Under the pieces are notes generated by a model. The model was not told the origin of the DNA and searched no databases. It saw only the letters and a list, made by a program, of their open reading frames with translations. From Nemertoderma westbladi (Eukaryota; Animalia; Xenacoelomorpha), in the NCBI GenBank assembly GCA_032718475.1, contig JAUCBJ010005053.1, positions 1 to 41,479 of the forward strand: DNA of 41,479 nt. The letters are read 5' to 3'. The number at the start of each line of letters is the position of its first letter. Positions within the stretch are counted from its first letter, which is position 1. The position numbers were made by a program, and so were the translations under genes. This document shows, piece by piece, positions 25,501 through 35,548 of this stretch.

Positions 25501-27445
25501 TGGGCAACTGTTGACTATCAGTTACCAAACCAACAGCTGGGCAACTGTTGACTATCAGTTACCAAACCAACAGCTGGGCAACTGTTGGCCATCAGTTACC
25601 AAACCAACAGCTGGGCAACTGTTGGCCATCAGTTACCAAACCAACAGCCGGGCAACTGTTGACTATCAGTTACCAAACCAACAGCTGGGCAACTGTTGAC
25701 TATCAGTTACCAAACCAACAGCTGGGCAACTGTTGGCCATCAGTTACCAAACCAACAGCTGGGCAACTGTTGACTATCAGTTACCAAACCAACAGCCGGG
25801 CAACTGTTGACTATCAGTTACCAAACCAACAGCTGGGCAACTGTTGGCCATCAGTTACCAAACCAACAGCCGGGCAACTGTTGACTATCAGTTACCAAAC
25901 CAACAGCTGGGCAACTGTTGGCCATCAGTTACCAAACCAACAGCTGGGCAACTGATGACTATCAGTTACCTACAGCTGGGCAACTGTTGACCATCAGTTA
26001 CCAAACCAACAGCTGGGCAACTGTTGACTATCAGTTACCAAACCAACAGCTGGGCAACTGTTGGCCATCAGTTACCAAACCAACAGCTGGGCACCTGTTG
26101 GCCATCAGTTACCAAACCAACAGCTGGGCAACTGTTGACTATCAGCTACCAAACCAACAGCTGGGCAACTGTTGACCATCAGTTACCAAACCAACAGCCG
26201 GGCAACTGTTGACTATCAGTTACCAAACCAACAGCTGGGCACCTGTTGGCCATCAGTTACCAAACCAACAGCTGGGCACCTGTTGGCCATCAGTTACCAA
26301 ACCAACAGCCGGGCAACTGTTGACTATCAGTTACCAAACCAACAGCTGGGCACCTGTTGGCCATCAGTTACCAAACCAACAGCCGGGCAACTGTTGACTA
26401 TCAGTTACCAAACCAACAGCTGGGCAACTGTTGAGTGTTGACTATCAGTTACCAAACCAACAGCTGGGCAACTGTTGACTATCAGTTACCAAACCAACAG
26501 CTGGGCAACTGTTGGCCATCAGTTACCAAACCAACAGCTGGGCAACTGTTGACTATCAGTTACCAAACCAACAGCTGGGCAACTGTTGACTATCAGTTAC
26601 CAAACCAACAGCTGGGCAACTGTTGGCCATCAGTTACCAAACCAACAGCCGGGCAACTGTTGACTATCAGTTACCAAACCAACAGCTGGGCAACTGTTGA
26701 CTATCAGTTACCAAACCAACAGCTGGGCAACTGTTGGCCATCAGTTACCAAACCAACAGCTGGGCAACTGTTGACTATCAGTTACCAAACCAACAGCCGG
26801 GCAACTGTTGACTATCAGTTACCAAACCAACAGCTGGGCAACTGTTGACTATCAGTTACCAAACCAACAGCTGGGCAACTGTTGGCCATCAGTTACCAAA
26901 CCAACAGCTGTGCACCTGTTGGCCATCAGTTACCAAACCAACAGCTGGGCAACTGTTGACTATCAGCTACCAAACCAACAGCTGGGCAACTGTTGACCAT
27001 CAGTTACCAAACCAACAGCCGGGCAACTGTTGACTATCAGTTACCAAACCAACAGCTGGGCACCTGTTGGCCATCAGTTACCAAACCAACAGCTGGGCAC
27101 CTGTTGGCCATCAGTTACCAAACCAACAGCCGGGCAACTGTTGACTATCAGTTACCAAACCAACAGCTGGGCAACTGTTGACTATCAGTTACCAAACCAA
27201 CAGCTGGACAACTGTTGGCCATCAGTTACCAAACCAACAGCCGGGCAACTGTTGACTATCAGTTACCAAACCAACAGCTGGGCAACTGTTGACTATCAGT
27301 TACCAAACCAACAGCTGGGCAACTGTTGGCCATCAGTTACCAAACCAACAGATGGGCAACTGTTGACTATCAGTTACCAAACCAACAGCTGGGCAACTGT
27401 TGGCCATCAGTTACCAAACCAACAGCTGGGCACCTGTTGGCCATC
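19543..27445. repeat. 37-bp tandem array (~213 copies, ~7.9 kb) whose unit equals the NECAB C-terminal codons plus stop
   Basis: Unit CAGTTACCAAACCAACAGC(T/C)GGGCA(A/C)CTGTTG(ACT/GCC)AT. The rightmost copy (27407-27445) is in frame with NECAB exon 2 and encodes DGQQVPSCWFGN*. Confidence 0.97.
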
Positions 27446-27865
27446 ATCCTCAGATTTACTCTCTACACTGAGTGCTACAACTCCCATTGACCGCTCGTAC
27501 TTATCACCTCTTATATAAACCCCTCGGGATTCCTTGTTCACCCAAACTTCGTACATTACAAACTCCGCGTCACTACCAACAGCTTCCTGTTTGCTCTCAA
27601 CCCCCGCATTGCCCCCAACCACGCACATATTTACCCCTATGAAACCCTCCTGTCTACCCATCTCCTCCGCCAGACCCCGTAACGAGGCGCGGAACATATG
27701 AGTCATCCCGGGGAGGGGGCGGTACCTCGTCGAGACCATCCAGACGGCATCGCCACCTACTGAAGTTGCGAATAAACCGAGTTTTTTGTCGACCCGGTTC
27801 AGTAAATCCTTGATGTTCTCCAATATTTGGTTTTGGTCCGAAGAATCGAGAGAATTCCCACTCAG
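27407..27865 (-). CDS. NECAB: NECAB-family protein, exon 2 (coiled coil + C-terminal ABM domain, stop)
   Basis: Acceptor TTATTCTACTTTAG before 27865, phase 0, in frame with exon 1. IKDLLNRVDKK matches the NECAB LQKLIDRLEKK coil, FVMYEVW matches YMIYEFW, and VPSCW matches the terminal VPASWW (human NECAB1 recalled from memory). Confidence 0.88.
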   Translation of the reverse strand: MSGNSLDSSDQNQILENIKDLLNRVDKKLGLFATSVGGDAVWMVSTRYRPLPGMTHMFRASLRGLAEEMGRQEGFIGVNMCVVGGNAGVESKQEAVGSDAEFVMYEVWVNKESRGVYIRGDKYERSMGVVALSVESKSEDDGQQVPSCWFGN

Positions 27866-28056
27866 CTAAAGTAGAATAATAACCAAGATCAATTATTATA
27901 GATAATATAGAAGCTGCGTTCTATATATAATAAAAAATATTTATAAACAAACTTAATTTTACTTATTTTTTGGATGTAGGACTTGGGTTACATACAATTA
28001 ATTGTTCTCCGGACATGATTTTATTTTCAAACTTTGGCCTCTAAATATCTATTTAA

Positions 28057-28721
28057 GTGGTGGCAAATAATATTACAAAAAAAATATTATTAATTAATTT
28101 AAAAAAGTAACCCATAGGATTGCATTGATTTTACTTTTTTTCCCGGCGATCAAAGTAAAACAAAATATTTTTGGCGGAATTTCTTAAATTTTATTTAATG
28201 GTGTTCAAAGAGCTTTGACGTAGAAAAGGTTTTAAAGTAATTTGAGCAAAATCCATTGACACACTCAAAAGTTATTGCAAATTTAGTGTCTGCGCGGCGT
28301 ATTCCAAAACGGAACTCAATATCTAATAGTGATTTATGTTGTTAAGCGGCTCCCTAGTTACGTAATAAATATTCGAGAACACTAAATTATTTAACATTAA
28401 GTAAGGCAGCATCAGGAGTTGAAGAGTACAGTAATTTGAATTTCAGTAACAATGGAAGCAATATAGTAGAATACTTACTGTAATTCAATTTATTTTGTAG
28501 CACTATATCGCTATACGTTTTATTAAAGAATTAAGCAACAAAAAGTACCAATTTAAGAATAAAATTACGCATTACATGGGGAAAAAGACGTAGAACATTC
28601 TTTTTTCAATATTCTCTCGACCCTTTATTAACCTCGCTGGTAAATAAAATGCCTTGAGAATAGTGAAAAAAAATGTTCTACTTTTTTTTCCATGTCAAAT
28701 AAATAATTATTTTGCCACCAC
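28057..28721. mobile_element. MITE (Kolobok/piggyBac-like TTAA context) in the NECAB intron
   Basis: TIR GTGGTGGCAAA / TTTGCCACCAC, flanked by TTAA and TTAT. Internal inverted repeat at ~28575-28694. Confidence 0.5.
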
Positions 28722-29304
28722 TTATGTCGTTTTATAAGTTTAAGTTTTCTCACTTTTATCTGGGCATATTTCAGCATGAATATCGTCCATCGAAGCTACC
28801 AATTTTTTTCATAAGAAAAAGGCTTTTATCATGAGGTTTTTTTTCTAGAACAAATATTTGACCTTCTGACTGTAGGATGGTATTTTTTCCGAGACATGTT
28901 CTAGAAAAAAAAATTGTACCGTCGTAAGGGGTGAAGTGAAACAAAATTGTTGGTTTTTTAAAATTTTCTCAAATACATAATACTCCAAATGGCCGATTTA
29001 TTTTGAGATGTTCAGCAGGGCATATTACTTATCTGTTATTTCTATAGAATAAGGCAGCAAAAATATGCTGTCTTCTAACTTTTTTAAAAAAAGTATTGCT
29101 GTTCCACTTCACCACATGGGGTGGGGTCAAGTGGGACAGGGGTGAAATGCAGCATGTTTAGCAATAATTATACATATTTTCCACTTACTACAGGTTATGG
29201 GGTGGAGTAGAACAAAAATAATATTAAAAAAAACTCAATTTAAAAAAAAATTACAAAAATATAAATTTGGACAATTTAACTTCAATATTACATATTGCTG
29301 GACA

Positions 29305-30602
29305 CAGGCGCGGATCCAGGGGGGGGGGGGGGGGGGGCTAGGGGGCTAAAGCCCCCCCCCCCCCCCCCGAAATGGCAAAATCGTGTCGTGATAATAGTCA
29401 TCACCCGGTTTACGTTTTCTCATTAATATAAAATAAATGTTATGAAAGTATTGCTATATCGCTACTTAGCTGACCACGTGATTCAATTACAGTGTATCCA
29501 ACCACGTTAATAACTCAGCCAAATCTCGATAAAATATATCCAAACTTGGTACACATGTAGTCTGGCCAAAGTATAGAAATTTTCCAAGTTGAATTTGCGT
29601 GGGGTCTTCGTGCAGCATCTGTGTAACTGTCTTACAGTTATAATAAATTAATCTACCCAAAAATTATTAGGCTTGGCATCAGCTGGTTGCTATGAGACTA
29701 CAGGATTACAGTACGGTACCGGTACTGTTAACTGTTACAGTGGTACAGAGTTACCGGTACCGTCTTCAGGTGGAATAATCCACCAGAATAAAAACGAATT
29801 TAAAGACAAACCTCATTATAAAGCAATATATCAGCACTTTGTTCACTTCTTTCTTCGTTGGCTACACAATTATTTTACTACTTCTTAATATTTATTAATA
29901 ATTTATCTTTTGCAATCTTTTATCGTCTTTCATCTTATAGTTTCACTTTAACAACTATCATATCGGTACTAATATGAAGCGAACAATGAAGGATTTTTTG
30001 GAGTTTTAGAAAAATCGGCGCGATTGGAGGTGGAAGAGACGATGGTGGCCATTGTACCGGATCCGGAAGTGGCGAGTACAAGTAGTAGACAGGCGGATAA
30101 CCAGACGGCAAGCAGAGATAGCTCCGATATATGTGCGGAGCTGGCGCCTAACAAAAGGAATATAGGATATGGACTACTAAATAAACATTTATCTGATGGG
30201 GAACAGTTGGAGTTGGAGCGAACATTTTCAAAACTTAAGCTTTTGAAATCGTACTTACGTGCCACAATGACAACCCCGACTAACTGATCTGGCTTCACTT
30301 TCAATCCACAAGGATATCAAACTCACACCAGATGAGATAAAGATAATTAATAAATATGCTGGTCGCCATGCCCGTCGATTACTGCTCATTTAACTATTGC
30401 CGGTATAAAATTCATTATTTTATTATACAATAGGCTAATTGTATAATTATTACTTTTATTTTAAAAGATTAATATTAAAATATTTTAATGCTAATATATT
30501 TAGTTTATAACGAAAATTTAAATGGTTTAAAAAATTGATCTGGGGGTATCATAGTTTTAGCAGCTTAGCCCCCTCCGAAAAAAATTCCTGGATCCGCGCC
30601 TG
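29305..30602 (+). mobile_element. Non-autonomous hAT transposon, internal-deletion derivative (1298 bp)
   Basis: 16-bp perfect TIR CAGGCGCGGATCCAGG / CCTGGATCCGCGCCTG. 8-bp TSD GCTGGACA / GCTGGCCA (1 mismatch). Confidence 0.92.
29974..30287 (+). pseudogene. hAT transposase remnant (N-terminus fused to C-terminal dimerization motif)
   Basis: MKRTMKDF start (frameshifted), then ELERTFSKLKLLKSYLRATM, which matches the hAT dimerization consensus ERxFSxLKxxKxxLRxTM. Confidence 0.8.
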
Positions 30603-30626
30603 GCTGGCCATCAGACCATGTCTATA

Positions 30627-30718
30627 CTAAACACTAACTAGTAAACAAGTAGTAAACACTAACTAGTAAACAGAAGTAAACAAGTAGTAAACAAGTAGTA
30701 AACACTAACTATTGACAC
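30627..30718 (+). repeat. Short tandem repeats rich in GTAAACA
   Basis: Interleaved AGTAAACAAGT and AAACACTAACT units. Confidence 0.75.
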
Positions 30719-31951
30719 TGTTATAATGATAACCATACCGGGCCAATTGGTTGTAAACATGTATATCAGTAAATTCATTTTGCATATGGGACATTATTGC
30801 ATAGAGTAAATGACATTGCCAAATTCACTAAAAGTAAAGGTAACAAAAGTAAAAGCATATAAAATAGCATTACTAAATATATATAGAACCCCTGCTCTAT
30901 CTCCTGATATGTTTTCCTAACAAACTTGGCTCGAACAGCCCTCTCAACATCTTGATCATGGTAATTACGAAAAGTGTTGGTACCAGGTAGGTATGTGATT
31001 GTAAAATCTGACTATGCTTGGATGGAATAGGCTACAATTCAAAGATATATACCAGATACCTGCCGTTTAAGAGTCTTGTTGTTTATACAAGTGCAAAATT
31101 ATCAAATATAGCAAAATTAGAAGCCTACTCTAGTCCTGAACCAAAGCATACTTGGGTGGCAAACCAAGGCATTCATGCTACCGGTACATAAGAATAAATA
31201 CAGTCAACACAACAAAGGATAATTGACAATGATGTTCCACTTCACCCCTTTTTCTGTTTCAAATGACCTCATTTTAGAAAACATACATTTTAATAAATTT
31301 TATTTGGTAATTAAAGGTTTCTTTGAAATTTAATTCAACATAACTTTTTTTGTTGACAAAAAGTGTTCTTTTTTTTATCAACCTTGTTAACGACTTTGAC
31401 AAAAAAAAGTGACTTACAACATTTAAAATCAGTGAAACATTTCGAATTGACTGTGTAACTTTGAAATAAATGGACATTGAAACTCCGATAAATTATTAAA
31501 CTGCATTTTCCACTGAATGTCAGAATGTATATAACACGGAATGGTAATTTTTCTGTTATAACATTTATTTATAAATTTCGTTGAAAAACAGCTGAAATAT
31601 GGGAATTTGGAGATAGCAAGAATTATCGTTGGATGGTGGGTATTAAATTTTAATAAATATAATATAATTCTGGAACATTGTAAATATAATATAATCATCT
31701 CATAAGAAGGTCAGCAACAATGTCAATCATTTAGTATTTATAACTATAGGCCTGATAGTTCAAATTAATTTATAATTCTAAAACAAAATTCTTCCTGTAG
31801 GGCCAATATTTCAGCTGTTTCGCAACAGAACTCACATAAAATTACATATTTGGAATCATTGCAACACAAGCTAGACATAAAAATATACCGGTATATAAGT
31901 AAAAATAATGTCAATAATATGTATAATGAAATAGATAAATATGATAATGCT

Positions 31952-32086
31952 CTCCATAGCGAAAAGTAGCGGTTGGGGCTCGAACCCGGTACCTAGGTAT
32001 CAAACTTCCGGTTATGATAAGCCTGGTGGTGAGTGTCTATGACAACTGAACTACCAGGACAGATGAATAAATTATTCGCTATGGAG
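31952..32086 (-). mobile_element. tRNA-like Pol III cassette enclosed by 12-bp inverted repeats
   Basis: Minus strand has A box TAGTTCAGTTGTCATAGA and B box GGTTCGAGCCC with a long spacer. Flanked by CTCCATAGCGAA (31952-31963) and TTCGCTATGGAG (32075-32086). Confidence 0.5.
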
Positions 32087-33007
32087 TGGTCTGGTTTATA
32101 GATAGGGCTGCAAGTACACGTACCGGCACTGAAGTACCTAACGAATTACTAAAATATCGTATCATACAATAGTCCAGCAGTCATAAAGCGTTGAGTTTGA
32201 GATTAATTATTGACGAATAGGCCTAATAAGTATAGGAACGAAACAACTATGGTTATGGTACGGTTAAGTCATGAACGACAAACTTAAAAGTATTTAACAC
32301 AAGGCTACAACAGTACAAGGCACAAAATCTATTGAATTAATATCACAAATTGAATTTTAAAAAGTAGAAGTACGTAAGTTAAATAATGCTTGGTATCTCA
32401 AATTAATTAAAATCGCAAATTGAATTTAAAAAATGGATTAAAATGTTGTACAGTTGTAGGCCTATGCATTAAAATATTGTCGATTTGTCGAAATTTCCCT
32501 CGTGTATACTCACACCCGGTGTATTTTTTTGTTTCTTCTACAATACAGTAGTGTTTGTCTGTGCACTAGATGTATCTCTATTGTCGTCCGATTGCTTAAA
32601 TGTGAGACTGCTTGATCGAATTTAAATTATAGGCCTATTGAAATTTAAAATATCATCTGATCATGGGGCTGTGTGGGTAAGAATACACTGCTGCACTGAG
32701 CCACTGAGCCTCAGTGACAGAGGGAGGTTAAATTTCACTAAAAAATCACCCAGAGTAAGGTACCGGTAGTTTCACCCCCGGTTAAAATACCCTAGTGAAT
32801 TCTAAATGCAAACTGGGGGTGAAAATACACTACCGGTAGCGAAGCGACTATTGAATTTTAACCGGGAGCGGGAGGTGAATTTTTAGGGGGGGGGGGGGGG
32901 GGGGGGGGGTGGAAATGGGAAATTTTCTGCAACCCGCGGTTGGTGCTGAAATCAACCAATTTATTGTTAATTCAGTAGGCCTACCTAATTAACGGTACGG
33001 TCCCAAC

Positions 33008-33538
33008 CTGAAGCTCCTGCCTCCGTAACCGCCTCCCATACCTTCCTGGTACGACCGCAGGGTTCCCGCCCTGGTTCAACTCAACAGGATGGCTAACCCG
33101 ATGCTTCCCAGTAGCCTCGAACGCATCCGAATCCAAACGATCCGAAGCGCTCTCCAATGGTTTACGCAACGCGGAAACCTGCCCAACAAGCTCACGGATG
33201 ATAAATCGTAAAACGAACTGATCGAAAGATGATGATTTCGGATATTCCTTTGCAGTTGAACACAATGCTCGAGTTATTTGATTATTTAGCAATTCTAATG
33301 AATCGAAAACTTCATGGTAGTGGCCGAGATGTTTGGAGAAGTACGTGGACAACTCTTCCGTGTCTAGGTTGTTAGTTTTGTGGGTGTCAATTTCCTTAAA
33401 AAGTTTATCCAAGTCTGAGTTGTCTAAGACGCCATCAGCAAAGAAACTTGTGAATTCTTCGAAACTTAAGGCGCCGTCGTCATTCTTATCCGCTCTACGA
33501 AAAATATCACTGAATATTGCTGGGGATGGTGACGACAT
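33008..33538 (-). CDS. NECAB: NECAB-family N-terminal EF-hand calcium-binding protein, exon 1 (two EF-hands + NECAB homology region)
   Basis: IFSDIFRRADKNDDGALSFEEF..FADGVL..IDTHKTNNLDTEELSTYFSKHLG closely matches NECAB1/2 (recalled). ATG at 33538; donor CAG|GTTGGG after 33008, phase 0. Joined to exon 2 it gives 329 aa. Confidence 0.93.
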
Positions 33539-33785
33539 AATCAGTAAATCAGATAATGCAGTGAAGTGCAAATTTAATATGTTAAGTTTTACTGTTTTAT
33601 GTACCGGTATCAGGTACTGTACTGGAGGAGCCGTTAAAATTACCGTACTAGAATCACTATTTCCTAATCGGTTTTAAACTGGGTAGGGTACATAGCAACG
33701 CCATCAGCTGGTTTCAAAATGCCTTATTGCTGATATGGCGACAGGAAATAGTGATTCTAGCTGTCTAGGGGTAAATCTTTTCGAC

Positions 33786-33962
33786 CTACGCGTAGGCCTA
33801 CGCGTAGCTACGCGTAGTTTGTAACTTCCATTCCTGTCATTTACCGGTAGGGCCAGACTTACTGCCTTTTTAACAACTACGCGTAGGTGTTTTAAAACTA
33901 CGCGTAGTTATTTTGGAACTACGCGTAGGTATTTTGAAACTACGCGTAGGTGCTACGCGTAG
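33786..33962. repeat. Eight copies of the palindrome CTACGCGTAG, probably hAT-type subterminal repeats
   Basis: Copies at about 33786, 33798, 33808, 33877, 33898, 33919, 33940 and 33953, preceded by a TAGGGG start at ~33766. The matching right end was not seen. Confidence 0.75.
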
Positions 33963-34305
33963 CTGTCCTGATAACAATGATTTTTCATTTCAGGTCCGGT
34001 AGGGTTGAGTTGTTAGGCAAGTATCGGTATATGTCAGGTATCTGATTATCAGACAAGGAATAACAGAATCGGAAACTCACAGCACTGGTAATAAATAATA
34101 TTCGACTCTTTATTCACATACAAATGTACATTATGTACTGGTAGAAAGTTTTCAGAATTTTGGCGTCGTGCATTTAAATGGTCCACCTCTAGGAGGCGCT
34201 AAATATCACCTCTTCTAAGCTTATAAACTTTTGAACCACTTTACTAGAAAGACTCATCACTTCATTGCTTTACTAGAAAGGCATTTCCTAAAGGAAATGC
34301 AACCA

Positions 34306-34453
34306 GGAAAATTAAACAAAGGGCCACAATTTGGTTTGTCGCTTAGCCTAGTTTAGTAGCATTTGCCAATAAATAACTTATAAGTTGCTAAGGAAAATTA
34401 AACAAAGGGCCACAATTTGGTGTGTTGCTTAGCCTAGTTTAGTAGCATTTGCC
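34306..34453 (+). repeat. ~63-bp direct repeat pair
   Basis: AGGAAAATTAAACAAAGGGCCACAATTTGG...GTTTAGTAGCATTTGCC occurs twice. Confidence 0.8.
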
Positions 34454-34751
34454 GCCACATAGACTTACCGTATTTTAGTAATTTAGTATTTTGTATTACT
34501 GTATGTGCATTTGTATTCATCTTCACTGCGTAGATAGAGACAGCGGTGGAATTCCATTGTCTTTATATGTGAACATGGAGGGTAGTACCCTTATGTATCA
34601 CATAGGAGCGGGATTGTGTGTACAGTAGGAATGGAATTCCAATTGGAACCCACAAGTGAGACAATTTTCAAAAATTATTAGACAAATCCATTTGGTTGGA
34701 TTTAAATTTAAGAAAAATGATTTTCCAGTGAATGCGAATTCTAGAATACAG

Positions 34752-34761
34752 CTATATAAAA
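34752..34761 (+). promoter_or_regulatory. TATA box of the zinc-knuckle gene (putative)
   Basis: CTATATAAAA lies about 180 bp upstream of a consensus donor AAG|GTGAGT (34931). That intron ends at a CTAAC branch point + TTTTCTGCTGCAG (35125). Confidence 0.5.
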
Positions 34762-35159
34762 ATTAAAATTGGGAAGGACAAGAGCGGATGGAAGGCTTGC
34801 GAGCCGACCGATAAATTTTTTGGAAAAGAAAATCGGCCTTGTTCTACATAGTCGTGTCTACTATTATTTATACCAAATTAATTCTCGACTGCACTATTTT
34901 CTTTGGGATAGTAGTTTGGGAAATTAAAAGGTGAGTATTTTAGACTCGCGGCTAGTTTACCCGGAATTCGCTTTTTATTGGCACATATTTTGGATTAGGA
35001 GCCAGTGCGAAATCACGGGAAACCCGAAGTCATTAGGCAAATGGGTAGGGGTTTTAGAGCAAAGTTGAGCTAAAAGCCGACAAACTCTAAGTCTCTTCAC
35101 ATCTAACCTCTATTTTCTGCTGCAGAAACTTAACGATATGTAACCATATATACGCGTAT

Positions 35160-35329
35160 ATGATGGTGGAGAAGATTTATAAGGAGATACATCAGGGATT
35201 TTCGCAGGAGCAGGAGCACCAGGCACCATTTAATCGTTATGGAGCCAAAATCTTTAACGTGTTTGGAGTGGAGAGTATGGCTAAGAGTACAGCCAAGCTC
35301 GCTAAATCCAACATACACGGACGTATACG
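35160..35329 (+). CDS. Putative first coding exon of the zinc-knuckle protein
   Basis: A 57-codon ORF after the 35125 acceptor. Donor CG|GTGAGG at 35330 and acceptor TTAGCATTTTCAG at 35643 join it in frame to the 35549-37009 ORF (511 aa total). Confidence 0.4.
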
Positions 35330-35548
35330 GTGAGGGAGATACCCCCGGCGTAAACGAGTTCGAGTCACAGTTGAAGTGGTGAGGTTGCATGTACTGGGCG
35401 ATTACCTCACCTCCACGAATAATCTTGCAATACTATTTGGCGATAGAATCTTCGGTGAAGGTTTGCTTCATCGCCGATGTAGTGTCTAGGACTCTAAAGC
35501 GACCCGTTATGTCTCGGTGAAGGACATACCATTTACGACGGAGGAAGG

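Larger units (their letters stand above)
28919..31270. mobile_element. Pogo/Tc1-like DNA transposon remnant, interrupted by a hAT element
   Basis: Begins TA|CCGTCGTAAGGGGTGAAGTGAAACA with repeated GGGGTGAAGTGGAACA-like motifs in both orientations (~29100-29150, ~29200, ~31235). Minus-strand RNYHDQDVERAVRA (~30930-30975) resembles an HTH-psq start. The right end was not identified. Confidence 0.4.

Noticed and set aside
19543-27445. CRISPR array (37-bp, partly palindromic repeat)
   Set aside because: Units are head-to-tail with no unique spacers, there are no cas genes, and the context is eukaryotic with spliceosomal introns.
19542-27518. Dozens of plus-strand ORFs (TISYQTNSWATV/QLPNQQLGNC/WPSVTKPTAG)
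   Set aside because: Artefacts of a 37-bp (non-triplet) repeat cycling through frames, nearly all with TTG starts. The only coding copy is the terminal one on the minus strand.
27629-27639. ATTTACCCCTA as the partner TIR of TAGGGGTAAAT at 33766
   Set aside because: It faces outward and lies inside NECAB coding sequence, so it is coincidental.
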